Source: a virus. Taken from it: a stretch of 64,000 nucleotides of DNA. Position numbers and translations under genes: made by a program. Below the pieces are notes generated by a model. The model did not search any database and had not been told where the DNA came from. It saw nothing but the letters and a program-made list of their open reading frames with translations. Positions within the stretch are counted from its first letter, which is position 1, and each line of letters begins with the position of its first letter. The stretch spans positions 1 through 64,000 of the IMG/VR virus record IMGVR_UViG_3300012952_000020, one strand, 5' to 3'. Of the stretch, positions 46,167-55,305 are shown one piece after another.

Positions 46167-47303
46167 CTATTTACGGCGTCGTCGGCCTTTTCCTTTGATT
46201 CTGTCCGGCCTCGGTACGTTCCTACGCCTCATCATCTGTGATGACACTGGACCGGCTGTCTGGAGAAGATCGATCACTTGTGCTCCCAACGACGAGGGGT
46301 CTTTCATCTGCCGTCGAGCCTTGTTCCTCATTGTGGGGTCGTGGATACGGTCGTGCTGGAGTAGAGCGTTCCAGTTGACCGACAGGGTTCGGATACGTCT
46401 TCCGATTGACTTTGCCAACCAGCCGACACCCTCATGCCCTGCGTAGTCATTGTCGAACATGATGATCACTTCACTGCTCAACTGGAGCACCTTCTGTACT
46501 TGCCTGTCCGTCATGCGAACACCCATCGTAGCCATGACGTTGTAGAAGGCACGCTTCTCCTTCAACTGCTGCCAAACACAGATTGCGTCGAACGCCCCCT
46601 CGACCAAGATGGTGGTCTTCGCCGGATCAGCCATGTGCTCGCCTACAAGAAACTTGCCCTTGTCGAAAGCCTTGACGATTCCACTCTCACTGCGGGCGGG
46701 CCAATAGTTCTTGTACCTCGGGTCGCCCTGATTGTGGATGATCCTTCCAATGGCACCGACGTAGTGACCGGACACGTCTTTCACGGGAATCAGCACTCTA
46801 TGTTCACGCTTGTCGAACCCAATGTCCCATGCGAGAGCCGCGTTTTGGCCTATGCCTCGCTTCTCCAAGTAGGAGTGCCAAAGGTGGGAGTACGGCTCCC
46901 ACTCCGCTGCGGGGTAGACTGGGTAGTCTTTCCCTGTGTATCCAAACTGCTGGTATCCCGCCGCATTGTCGAGGATCACATCCAGTTCCAGCTTGTCTAC
47001 GTCACGGGCTTCCTGCACCAAGTCGTTTTCAATGTCACCGAAGAACTCCAAATCCTCGAACAGCTTTGCGAGGTTGGCAGCACGGTATCCACAGGTGAAG
47101 CAGTGTACGAGACAAGAGTTATTCTCCCGTACCAGAATCCCCATCGACGGCTTGTTGTCTACGTCGCCCTTGTGCTTCTTGGTGTGCTTTGCCATCGGGC
47201 AACTGATCATGAGGTTCTTGCCCTGCGGCAATACCGTCTTCACTCTTGGAAGCCGCTCCAACAATGAAATCACTGATTCTCTCTTCCAAACTTGCTCGCT
47301 CAT
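46167..47303 (-). CDS. DNA primase (zinc finger + Toprim)
   Basis: CP..H..CFTC, LVEGAFD, MFDNDYAG. Confidence 0.9.
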   Translation of the reverse strand: MSEQVWKRESVISLLERLPRVKTVLPQGKNLMISCPMAKHTKKHKGDVDNKPSMGILVRENNSCLVHCFTCGYRAANLAKLFEDLEFFGDIENDLVQEARDVDKLELDVILDNAAGYQQFGYTGKDYPVYPAAEWEPYSHLWHSYLEKRGIGQNAALAWDIGFDKREHRVLIPVKDVSGHYVGAIGRIIHNQGDPRYKNYWPARSESGIVKAFDKGKFLVGEHMADPAKTTILVEGAFDAICVWQQLKEKRAFYNVMATMGVRMTDRQVQKVLQLSSEVIIMFDNDYAGHEGVGWLAKSIGRRIRTLSVNWNALLQHDRIHDPTMRNKARRQMKDPSSLGAQVIDLLQTAGPVSSQMMRRRNVPRPDRIKGKGRRRRK

Positions 47304-47637
47304 CTAACGCCTCTACTATGCTATCGGTGTGCATCCCAAGCGCATCAGACAACGACCTCTGGATAAGAGCCGCAACTGCTACAGCACCTCTACGGTATGC
47401 TTGTACCTCAACTTTTGTTTGTTTGTCAAGAAGCCAACCCTCTTGATCCACTGGTCCCCAGTCAAAATCATCCTTGTCTATGTTCCAAATAACCTCTGCC
47501 ATCTGCTCATAGAACGATTGAAGCGATCCACGCATCATCGCCTCCCACCAGATGATCTTCTCACTCAAAGCCGTGGGGCGCATAAGCTCCTTACGCACGG
47601 CTTTGATGTACTCGTCGTCAAAACGAAACTGGCTCAT
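47119..47637 (-). CDS. Hypothetical protein
   Basis: GGAGG RBS; 3' end overlaps primase start. Confidence 0.55.
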   Translation of the reverse strand: MSQFRFDDEYIKAVRKELMRPTALSEKIIWWEAMMRGSLQSFYEQMAEVIWNIDKDDFDWGPVDQEGWLLDKQTKVEVQAYRRGAVAVAALIQRSLSDALGMHTDSIVEALDERASLEERISDFIVGAASKSEDGIAAGQEPHDQLPDGKAHQEAQGRRRQQAVDGDSGTGE

Positions 47638-48862
47638 CTTCCGCCTCCGTCAGACTGCTTGTCTGGTTCCCGATCTCCGTGAAGTCCATATTCTCCATAT
47701 CCCATACAAGAGAGATCGTACCTCGCTCACCCTCACGTTGTTTGAGTATTCGCAGTTCCATGATCCGGTTCAGCCGTTGGTCCTCGGTCTGGAACATGCC
47801 GAGAATCAAATCCGCTTCCTTCGCCACGTCTGCGTACGCAATCTGTGAAGCGTCACCGCGAGAATCACTCGCTGACCTGTTGAACTGCATAGACACCACA
47901 ATGGGGATCTGCGCCCGTTTAGCCAGCCGCTTCAAGTCACGGGCTACGTTGGTAATCCTCTGCCAAGAGGAATCGCCTCGTCGGTCGTCCTCCATCAAGT
48001 ACATACCGTCGATGTAAACTATGTCCGGTTTGTACCTCTCGATCTTAGCCGCCACCAGCGATACGCCGCCGCCTTCCTCTCCGATGATGTAGAAGGGACG
48101 CTCGCCTCGGATCTTATCCATTTCCTCCTTCCACCTGCTCTCCGTGTGGAAGTCCAGCTTACCGCTACGGAGTTCCTGATACGGGAGTTTGAAGTTACGG
48201 GAGTCCAAGCGCCGAGCGATCTGGAAGGACGACATTTCCTTGGAGAACAGGATCGGCTTGTGTCCTGTCATCCAGTTGTGGTGAGCCATGACAACTTCAA
48301 GCCACGTCTTACCCACACCCTGTCGAGCCACAATGAATACCAGTTCCTCCGGGTGGAAACCTTGCGTCGATAGATCCAGCGTCGGAAACCCTGACTCGAT
48401 CCCGTCGATGCCCTTGGCGTCTGCTAAATCACGATACTTCTTGAAGCGTTCATCTACTGTGTACGCCCAATCCACGTCTGCCGTTGCTGACCCCAAGTCG
48501 TCCACTTGTTGGACGGCTTCACGCATGATCTCCACGGCATCCATCGGGTCACCGTTTTCTGCGAGGATCTGACCTGCCTCCCTCATGTGCTCCAAGGCAG
48601 TGTTGTACGCGAACTTGTGCCTCAACTGACTCGCATAGTAGCTCACCGTTTCCGTGGTGGGCATCAACTCGTACGAGGGGTGAGCCTGACTCAGTGCGTC
48701 ACTTCCCGGCGAGACTCCATGTGTCCTGTAGTGCTCGATGCACCACTCCCACACCTCTCTTGACGGTCCATCGAAAAGACGTGCTGACAGGTTCTCGTCA
48801 ATCGCCTTCCCCATTTCATCTGCGTGTACCACCCTACTGATTAGGGCCTGTTCTATGTCCAT
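47618..48862 (-). CDS. dnaB: DnaB-like replicative helicase
   Basis: ARQGVGKT, FSKEM, YIDG, QFNR, KQREG. Confidence 0.92.
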   Translation of the reverse strand: MDIEQALISRVVHADEMGKAIDENLSARLFDGPSREVWEWCIEHYRTHGVSPGSDALSQAHPSYELMPTTETVSYYASQLRHKFAYNTALEHMREAGQILAENGDPMDAVEIMREAVQQVDDLGSATADVDWAYTVDERFKKYRDLADAKGIDGIESGFPTLDLSTQGFHPEELVFIVARQGVGKTWLEVVMAHHNWMTGHKPILFSKEMSSFQIARRLDSRNFKLPYQELRSGKLDFHTESRWKEEMDKIRGERPFYIIGEEGGGVSLVAAKIERYKPDIVYIDGMYLMEDDRRGDSSWQRITNVARDLKRLAKRAQIPIVVSMQFNRSASDSRGDASQIAYADVAKEADLILGMFQTEDQRLNRIMELRILKQREGERGTISLVWDMENMDFTEIGNQTSSLTEAEDEPVSF

Positions 48863-49266
48863 TTGCTATTGCTCCTTCGGTATCTGCTGCCTGACCAATC
48901 GAACAACACCGTCCGATGATCAACCAACCTGTTTCTGTCTGCTACGATAAACTCGACTGACTGGTTCGACGCACGGAAGCTGGAAAGTGCCTCCCCCGCT
49001 GTGCGGAACTCACGGACCTCAAAGAAGTAGTCCGTTGGGTCCAGCGACGAATCCACTGCCACATCCTCCTTGTCACCCATCCATGCGAGAACGAGTTGAA
49101 GGTGTGACCCTGCGCCCCAAAGCCAATCCTTGATTCCTTCACGGTAGACCCACGAAGGACGCTTCCAAAACTGCCACCACGGAGGGGTCTTCTTGACAAA
49201 CACACAAGAAGCGTCAACCCACAAGGTTCCCGCCGTGGATGTGCTCATCTTTCCCCTACGCATCAA
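48853..49266 (-). CDS. Hypothetical protein
   Basis: Coupled within replication operon. Confidence 0.6.
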   Translation of the reverse strand: MMRRGKMSTSTAGTLWVDASCVFVKKTPPWWQFWKRPSWVYREGIKDWLWGAGSHLQLVLAWMGDKEDVAVDSSLDPTDYFFEVREFRTAGEALSSFRASNQSVEFIVADRNRLVDHRTVLFDWSGSRYRRSNSKWT

Positions 49267-49904
49267 CGCCTCCGCATATACTCGCCCATCTTGCGGGCGG
49301 CTGCGGCACGGCGCATGTCCGTACCCTTGACCTCTACCGAGATCATAGACTCCATCGCTATTGCCGCCGCTGACTTGTCGTAGCGATCACGGAATGACTT
49401 GGGGTCCAAGTTGGTCGTGATGATGGTGGGCAAAAGTTCACGGCTCCTTTTCCGAATCATGTTCTCAAAACACAACTCAGCCCAACCGCTGCCTTTACCG
49501 CTGTACTCTTTGCCGAGGTCTTCAAGTAGGAGTACGTCTACTGATTCTACTCGCTGGACAATCGTTTGGCTCGGGTCGAACCGTTGTCCGTCGATGTAGG
49601 CTGACTTCAACACGTCGGACAGTACGCAGTAGCTACTGTACCCCTTGTTGGTCAACTCCTTCAAAACCGCCGCTGCTGCGAAGGTCTTACCGACTGAGTT
49701 CGCTCCCCAAAGGAACAAACCCCAACCGCCTTCCCAGTTGGACTGGAAATCGTTGAGGTACAGTCGGATTGCGTCACGATGTACGCCGGGTTGAATACCG
49801 TCAAGCGTAGCCTGCCAGTACCTTCTCCCTATGTTCATTCGCAACAAGTGTTCCTCGGTGAGTTCACCCCTGCTGCGCCTTACCCTTTGCTTTAGTTCTG
49901 CCAC
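49263..49904 (-). CDS. DnaC/IstB-like helicase loader ATPase
   Basis: GLFLWGANSVGKT, LLLEDLGKE, PTIITTN, GTDMR. Confidence 0.9.
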   Translation of the reverse strand: MAELKQRVRRSRGELTEEHLLRMNIGRRYWQATLDGIQPGVHRDAIRLYLNDFQSNWEGGWGLFLWGANSVGKTFAAAAVLKELTNKGYSSYCVLSDVLKSAYIDGQRFDPSQTIVQRVESVDVLLLEDLGKEYSGKGSGWAELCFENMIRKRSRELLPTIITTNLDPKSFRDRYDKSAAAIAMESMISVEVKGTDMRRAAAARKMGEYMRRR

Positions 49905-50397
49905 TGGTCTTCTTCCTTGTCTTTGTCTGTGTCTTCACTGGTGTTACTGCTTCCGGTTCCTGCGTCTTGGCTTCTGCCTTCTTACGCGCTGCTGCCTTCT
50001 CCTGCTGTTCAGCCTTGGCTGCCGCTGCTGCTGCCTTCGCTGCTTCCTGTGCGGCTTTCACTTCGGCCATGCTCACGGGCTTGCGATCCTTTTCCAACGG
50101 GATCTGCTGGTCCTCGGTGAACTGCACATTCTGGAAGGGGATTCGATACTTGGTACACATGGCGTTGGCGTACCTGCGTCCGTCAGGTGCCTTGACCCTG
50201 TTTCGGTAAAGCTGCCTGCGGGAACCACGGCTGTCGGGTGCTGAAAGGATACGAATATCCCAATGCGTTCCATCCCCCATGCTGATCTGCATAGCCCGAT
50301 GACGCTTCAATGCCTGATCGCTGATACGCTTTCCGTAGAACTGACCGATGCGTTCCTTCTTCCAGCGTCGGCGCTCCTCCAATGTCTTCTCATCCAT
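49864..50397 (-). CDS. Hypothetical protein with Ala/Lys-rich tail
   Basis: 177 aa, AGGAG RBS. Confidence 0.65.
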   Translation of the reverse strand: MDEKTLEERRRWKKERIGQFYGKRISDQALKRHRAMQISMGDGTHWDIRILSAPDSRGSRRQLYRNRVKAPDGRRYANAMCTKYRIPFQNVQFTEDQQIPLEKDRKPVSMAEVKAAQEAAKAAAAAAKAEQQEKAAARKKAEAKTQEPEAVTPVKTQTKTRKKTSGRTKAKGKAQQG

Positions 50398-50424
50398 TAT
50401 CTTCTCCTTGGTTTGTCAAGATGT

Positions 50425-51402
50425 TTACCAGCCGATCTCGCTGCCGTCCTCACGAGAAGTCGACTCATCAAACTGTGTTCCTGCGCCCTTCTTCTTACCC
50501 TTCCCGTCGAGCACCATCGGGAAGATTGAGTTCCTATATCCCCAGAACAGGGGCATCGACGGATAGCCGTTCACATTCAGGCGACCTGAATAGTCCGTCC
50601 AACCACCTATTGCTTCCTTTATCACACGAGCGACGTTGGAAGCACCATAATGAGAGATCAAGTCCTTGGCGTGCTTACGATCCCTACTGGTAAACTTGGG
50701 TGGTGGGGTCTTCCATCCGGTTTCCTTCCACGCTATGCCGAGAACCAGCTCCATGTCGTTGCAGTTGTACTGGCGAGGATCTTTCTCCAAGAAACTGCGT
50801 ACCCTCTTTGCCGCTGTGGGAGAAGTCCTCGCCTTCTTCCTTCCTTTTGACTGGGCGGAAGCGACACTCATCGCCTGCTCAATGGTACGCGACAGCGTGC
50901 CAGTGTTGTTCTTTGGTTGTTGTACTATTCGTGTACTTCTACTGGGTGATACTTGGGTAGCCTGAGTAGGTAAATCCGGGGTAGTCTCCTCGGTAACACT
51001 TACCTCCGGGGCATCCAGCAGTTCGATTTCCTGTGGGACCGCTTTCGCCACTGGCTTCTCGTCGGGGTGACTTGGGAGGGTTGCCACCTCTTTCAGCCGA
51101 CTGAACAACGGAGAAAAGTCGTACTCATTGGAACGACCTTGACGGCTTCGGGTCTTCAAGAGTCCCTTGTTCCGCAGTGAACGAATGTACGTTCTGATCG
51201 TCTTCTCACTCTTGCCGCTGTAGCGACAAAGCGTAGCGACCTTGGGGAAGGGTACTGAACCGTTCCACGCATAGTCGAGAACATGAAGGATCAACATCGC
51301 CTCTTCCATGCTGATTCCCAGCCTCACGTAGTGCTGGAGGAACGCACGCGAAACTGCCGTGAATCCCTTATCTGTCGTGCCTCCCCAATCAAGCATCACC
51401 AT
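50425..51402 (-). CDS. Replication initiator-like protein (N-terminal wHTH)
   Basis: GFTAVS..FPKVATL..SEKTIRTYIRSLRNKGLL..SNEYDFSPL; upstream of loader and helicase. Confidence 0.75.
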   Translation of the reverse strand: MVMLDWGGTTDKGFTAVSRAFLQHYVRLGISMEEAMLILHVLDYAWNGSVPFPKVATLCRYSGKSEKTIRTYIRSLRNKGLLKTRSRQGRSNEYDFSPLFSRLKEVATLPSHPDEKPVAKAVPQEIELLDAPEVSVTEETTPDLPTQATQVSPSRSTRIVQQPKNNTGTLSRTIEQAMSVASAQSKGRKKARTSPTAAKRVRSFLEKDPRQYNCNDMELVLGIAWKETGWKTPPPKFTSRDRKHAKDLISHYGASNVARVIKEAIGGWTDYSGRLNVNGYPSMPLFWGYRNSIFPMVLDGKGKKKGAGTQFDESTSREDGSEIGW

Positions 51403-51613
51403 CTCCTTCGGACTCCAAGTCCTCGATGGTTGCCGATCCCTCGGACTCACCCTTTACGATTGCGATTGCCTTCTGAACGTCAAAACCGTTCTCCGTGACC
51501 CATCGGCACTGCAAACCCCATGTGAACAGAGTTTGAAGCACTGTCAAAGCCAAAGAGCGACCGGCTTCCGAGTCCAGTTCAATGACGAGCCGTTTGTTGT
51601 CAACGGATAGCAT
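51389..51613 (-). CDS. Hypothetical protein
   Basis: AAGGAG RBS. Confidence 0.6.
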   Translation of the reverse strand: MLSVDNKRLVIELDSEAGRSLALTVLQTLFTWGLQCRWVTENGFDVQKAIAIVKGESEGSATIEDLESEGDGDA

Positions 51614-51735
51614 GACTTACTCCTTTGTCTGGTTGCTGTGACTGAAAACCGGAATCCTCAAAACGACAGAGGCACCCAAGACGCGCCGAAACGTCGAGGA
51701 TGCCCCATAGTGGTGCAGAATGACCGGCTATAAGT

Positions 51736-51764
51736 GTTGTATCATGCACGGGCGCACATGTCAA
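51736..51764 (-). promoter_or_regulatory. Promoter of the replication operon
   Basis: TTGACA-N17-TACAAC with TG extension. Confidence 0.6.
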
Positions 51765-51797
51765 GTAACTTTTACCAGTCAAAGCTACTACCCATTA

Positions 51798-52376
51798 TTA
51801 CCAGTCTACGAGGGTGTACGTGAAGGTGCTACCGTACTTTTCAGCCGACCGCTGACAAAGGGACATGAACACATCAAAGTCGTGGGGGTTCTGGAACACT
51901 TGGCAACCGGCACTGTACTTTTCGACCTGCCGACTGCCTCCTTTGGCTGTAGAAGACCTGTGGATGTTGATGCCGAAGTACCCTTGCGCCACCGCCTCGG
52001 GGTCGTGGTCAAGCACCTCATCCTTGTTGTTGTCACGCCATACCTTGACACGACCTCCTGTCTGGACAAGAGCCAGATACTTACCCCTGTGCTTGCCGAG
52101 TTTGTAGACCCCTCGGTACTGACCGGGACACAGAATAGCTGTGCCTTCAACTCGCATGGGGTGTTCAAGCCAATAAAGTCCGGGGTCCGTTGTGATGGGG
52201 AACTTGAGATCCTTCCACTCGTCATCCTGCTTGAAGACGACATGCATCCAATCGTCAAACGTATTCGCCAACCGAGAGGGTGTACGAACACCGATGATGT
52301 TGAGGTTGTAGTCGCCGCGTGTGAACACGGCATGACCCCTGCTTCCAAGTTTGTTGAGTATTGCTGGTACGCTCAT
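51798..52376 (-). CDS. Putative L,D-transpeptidase-like cell-wall enzyme
   Basis: NIIGVR, TTDPG, GINIH...YSAGCQV (H..SxGC). Confidence 0.6.
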   Translation of the reverse strand: MSVPAILNKLGSRGHAVFTRGDYNLNIIGVRTPSRLANTFDDWMHVVFKQDDEWKDLKFPITTDPGLYWLEHPMRVEGTAILCPGQYRGVYKLGKHRGKYLALVQTGGRVKVWRDNNKDEVLDHDPEAVAQGYFGINIHRSSTAKGGSRQVEKYSAGCQVFQNPHDFDVFMSLCQRSAEKYGSTFTYTLVDW

Positions 52377-52407
52377 AATGATCCTCGTATCATATTTACA
52401 TGGTTTG

Positions 52408-53754
52408 TCAAAAACCGTGGAAGCCTGTCGCCTCCCTGATCTCGTCAGTACGGTCTTCTCCATATAGAACATTCCCATCCCAGATGATGGTCCCATCCGA
52501 TATGGGTACGGGGAACATGCTTACGTGCTCCTCTCCGTCAGGTGTGGTGGTCTTGTCCACAACTCCTAATCCTTGCTGCCAGTTCGATCTCTTACTGGAG
52601 CCGGGTACAGCGCCGTCGAGTGCTGTGATGCAGCCGGGTGACATGGAGTAGATAAACCTGCGACCGTCCTTTGTCTGGATAGTCCTCGACGCCATTTCCA
52701 CTCTGTGAATGTGACCGAAGACTGTGGAGTGTGACGCTTCCCTAATAACTGCCTGCGTGGTTGCGCCTGACTTGCCTCGGACCACAACGCCGTGAAGGAT
52801 ATGCACGGTGTCGAACAGCCAGAAGTCCCCTTCGGGGTAGGGGCCGAGGTACTCAATGTCCAGCGACTCCAAGTCCAGCAGGGCAGGAACCGACAGTGCT
52901 GGAAGGTCACGATTCACGGCAGACAAATCCACGGCTTCCTTGACTGAATCACACATGATCTTCGCCAACCGAGCCTCATGGTTTCCTTCCAAGTAGATGA
53001 TCCTCGCTGCGGGAGCGGCGAGCCTCAACTGTGACAGCCACCAGTGCAGTTCCAGCAACGTAGGTCGGGTCGTGAACGACAGATCGGACGTGGTTGTGTA
53101 CTTGCCGAACGGTGCGAAGTCACACATGTCACCGAGCATGACAATGTACTGGGGTTGCATACGTTGAGCGACTTGGATTGCCAAGTCCCACGCCTTGCGG
53201 TCGTGCAGAGGACGGTACGTGTTGTCTCGCCGATTTACACGGTATCCGTTCTGCGAGTCCGGTATGATCAGCGCCCGCTCTACGTCACGCTCGGAGCCAC
53301 GGCTTGGCTGACGAGGTAGGGGTTTGACAGCCTTGACAGGTTCCAGCATGAACGCCGGTATGCGCTCCAGCCAGACCTTGATCTGCCACATAGGAACCTG
53401 ACCCTCCTTGGTCATGGCATCCCACTTGTTGGCTACCCAGTTCTTGATTGCCCACTTGTTACGGTCAACCTTTGCCTCTTTCAGCAACTCATCAAGTGAC
53501 TGGATTCTGCCTCGATTACTGATGACGGTCTGATCGCCGTCAGACTTTACGGTGATGTTCTTGCCTGCATCGGACATATCCGACACGTCATCTACAGCGG
53601 TAAGATCCGTCGCTTCGTAAGCCTTGACCTTCTCCCGCTGAATACGTCGATACACGGTCGAGCGGTTGATGCCCAGCATCTCCGTGATCTCCTTTACCGT
53701 GTAGCCTTGCTGTTTCAACTCCCATGCGGAAGCTGACTTTGAACCTTTCTTCAT
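52408..53754 (-). CDS. HTH + calcineurin-like metallophosphoesterase
   Basis: EMLGINRSTVYRR; IPDSQ, LGDMCD, EGNHE, LHG, GHIHR. Confidence 0.85.
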   Translation of the reverse strand: MKKGSKSASAWELKQQGYTVKEITEMLGINRSTVYRRIQREKVKAYEATDLTAVDDVSDMSDAGKNITVKSDGDQTVISNRGRIQSLDELLKEAKVDRNKWAIKNWVANKWDAMTKEGQVPMWQIKVWLERIPAFMLEPVKAVKPLPRQPSRGSERDVERALIIPDSQNGYRVNRRDNTYRPLHDRKAWDLAIQVAQRMQPQYIVMLGDMCDFAPFGKYTTTSDLSFTTRPTLLELHWWLSQLRLAAPAARIIYLEGNHEARLAKIMCDSVKEAVDLSAVNRDLPALSVPALLDLESLDIEYLGPYPEGDFWLFDTVHILHGVVVRGKSGATTQAVIREASHSTVFGHIHRVEMASRTIQTKDGRRFIYSMSPGCITALDGAVPGSSKRSNWQQGLGVVDKTTTPDGEEHVSMFPVPISDGTIIWDGNVLYGEDRTDEIREATGFHGF

Positions 53755-53757
53755 GGG

Positions 53758-54060
53758 TCATCCTGCGTTTACATCTTTGTCAGTGACAATGCCCAATAAG
53801 GCATAGCCGCAAATGTCTCGCCAAGGACTTTCCCCGAAAGCCTCCTTCCTATTTGCAAGGCGAAACAGCTTATCCAACACCCTCACTACTGCGAGCATGT
53901 CCTTATACTGGTGGGGTTGGACGCCGTTTGGGTACAGCGTTTTCAGAACGGTCGCTGCCTGTTGGAACGAGTCTCCGTATGCAGCACGCTTCTCGACTGT
54001 TAGCCTTCCGACTTCACATGCTGCCTGTAGTATTGGGTCGTCGACTGATGGTTCGGTCAC
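53758..54060 (-). CDS. Nucleotide-modification-associated helical domain (DUF1599/MazG-like)
   Basis: KRAAYGDSF, DKLFR, DICGYALL. Confidence 0.7.
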   Translation of the reverse strand: MTEPSVDDPILQAACEVGRLTVEKRAAYGDSFQQAATVLKTLYPNGVQPHQYKDMLAVVRVLDKLFRLANRKEAFGESPWRDICGYALLGIVTDKDVNAG

Positions 54061-54308
54061 GGGTCACCGCCCTTTCTCAAATCATCAAACGCAGCCTTGA
54101 GATCCTCAAGGTCAACCTCGATGGTATTGAACTTGTGGGAGCAGGAAACGCACTGGCGGGAGCGAACCCTAAAGCCACCGGGGTCCCACCATCCGTAAAC
54201 TTTACTGGCGACTTGAAGCATCTTCACTGACCACCGCCATTCCCGGTCGGGGTCGGGAAGACGAGAATCCTTGACCCTCGTAGCTTCTCCGCACTTCGGA
54301 CATTCCAT
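54057..54308 (-). CDS. NrdR-like zinc ribbon protein
   Basis: MECPKCG..VKDSR..RQCVSCSHKFNTIE. Confidence 0.75.
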   Translation of the reverse strand: MECPKCGEATRVKDSRLPDPDREWRWSVKMLQVASKVYGWWDPGGFRVRSRQCVSCSHKFNTIEVDLEDLKAAFDDLRKGGDP

Positions 54309-54468
54309 TATCGCCCCCTTGTGGGGCCGCCGTGAGAGGAAACTTCTTTTGCAACCAACCAGACAACCATTCAACAGCACGCTGGCGTGCGGCAGACCTG
54401 TACCAAAGAGGTACGAGCACTACCGTAACCGCCAAAGCGAGCACTACTGATTGGTATGAAGTTTCCAT
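54202..54468 (-). CDS. Small membrane protein
   Basis: N-terminal TM; overlaps next gene. Confidence 0.45.
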   Translation of the reverse strand: METSYQSVVLALAVTVVLVPLWYRSAARQRAVEWLSGWLQKKFPLTAAPQGGDNGMSEVRRSYEGQGFSSSRPRPGMAVVSEDASSRQ

Positions 54469-54517
54469 TGGTTTGTAAAGTCCTACTTACTCGCCCCGAG
54501 TTTATTCACAATACGTT

Positions 54518-54781
54518 TCATTCGCCCTCCTGCTCACAACGCAACAGCGCGGCTTGCAAGCCTTGCTCATGTTGGAGTCTCCGTAGCATCCACCCTTTTG
54601 AAACGGTGTACGTCCCGTCGGGATTCTCCGTTATCTCACTACTGTCAACGACGACCACGGACGGGTCTGTGATCAAGTCCGGCCTGTGACAGCAGCCTGT
54701 CATGCTTTGCCCAAACAGAAGCAACATCAACAGCGTTGCCGCTGTTGAGTGCTTTAGCCAAGTCATTGAGTGCCTTATCAT
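54518..54781 (-). CDS. Outer-membrane spanin (Rz1-like lipoprotein)
   Basis: Hydrophobic stretch + MTGC lipobox-like; overlaps previous gene in another frame. Confidence 0.6.
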   Translation of the reverse strand: MIRHSMTWLKHSTAATLLMLLLFGQSMTGCCHRPDLITDPSVVVVDSSEITENPDGTYTVSKGWMLRRLQHEQGLQAALLRCEQEGE

Positions 54782-54905
54782 GTCGTTCTCCTGTAACCAC
54801 CAACGGTGAGGGTTTTCTACCTGACAACCCTGACAGCCAGTTGATGAGCAACGGGAGCACGGCAGCGAGCAGACCTAAAAGGCCACTTGCTATGTCCGGT
54901 GTCAT
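54645..54905 (-). CDS. Inner-membrane spanin (Rz-like)
   Basis: N-terminal TM; follows holin and endolysin. Confidence 0.55.
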   Translation of the reverse strand: MTPDIASGLLGLLAAVLPLLINWLSGLSGRKPSPLVVTGERHDKALNDLAKALNSGNAVDVASVWAKHDRLLSQAGLDHRPVRGRR

Positions 54906-54914
54906 GGCGACCTC

Positions 54915-55295
54915 CTACGAAATCACCTTGTCACCAGTGGCACCCACTCCAGACATGGACGCGATCTCCTCATGGATGATCCGTTCCAAATCGTCTGGAG
55001 CCATCTTGGGCCACTGCTTGTCGAGCGTGGAAATAACCCAGCCGAGCTTGTCCATGTCCTCGCCCTTGTCCTCCAACTTGAGTTTCTTCGCAGCCAGTTC
55101 TTCTGCCGCGCCGATAGCTGCACGCACAGCCTGACGAATGGCAGCGTCCTTGGTGAGTTCGACCTCAACGCCCAGCTTGGTAGCCAAACGCTTCAATCCC
55201 CAAGAGGACAACGCAGTGAGCATAACAGCACAAGCAGGAATGAGATATTCCAAAGTCCCGTGCCAAACCTGATACCAAAGAGTTGGTTCTTCCAT
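54915..55295 (-). CDS. Holin-like protein (LL-H type)
   Basis: One TM then AVRAAIGAAEE..K..I.EEI pattern; next to endolysin. Confidence 0.6.
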   Translation of the reverse strand: MEEPTLWYQVWHGTLEYLIPACAVMLTALSSWGLKRLATKLGVEVELTKDAAIRQAVRAAIGAAEELAAKKLKLEDKGEDMDKLGWVISTLDKQWPKMAPDDLERIIHEEIASMSGVGATGDKVIS

Positions 55296-55305
55296 TTCTT
55301 ATCTC

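Noticed and set aside
39474-48862. Inteins or introns in RecA, polymerase or helicases
   Set aside because: Proteins are of normal length with contiguous motifs and no splice-junction signatures.
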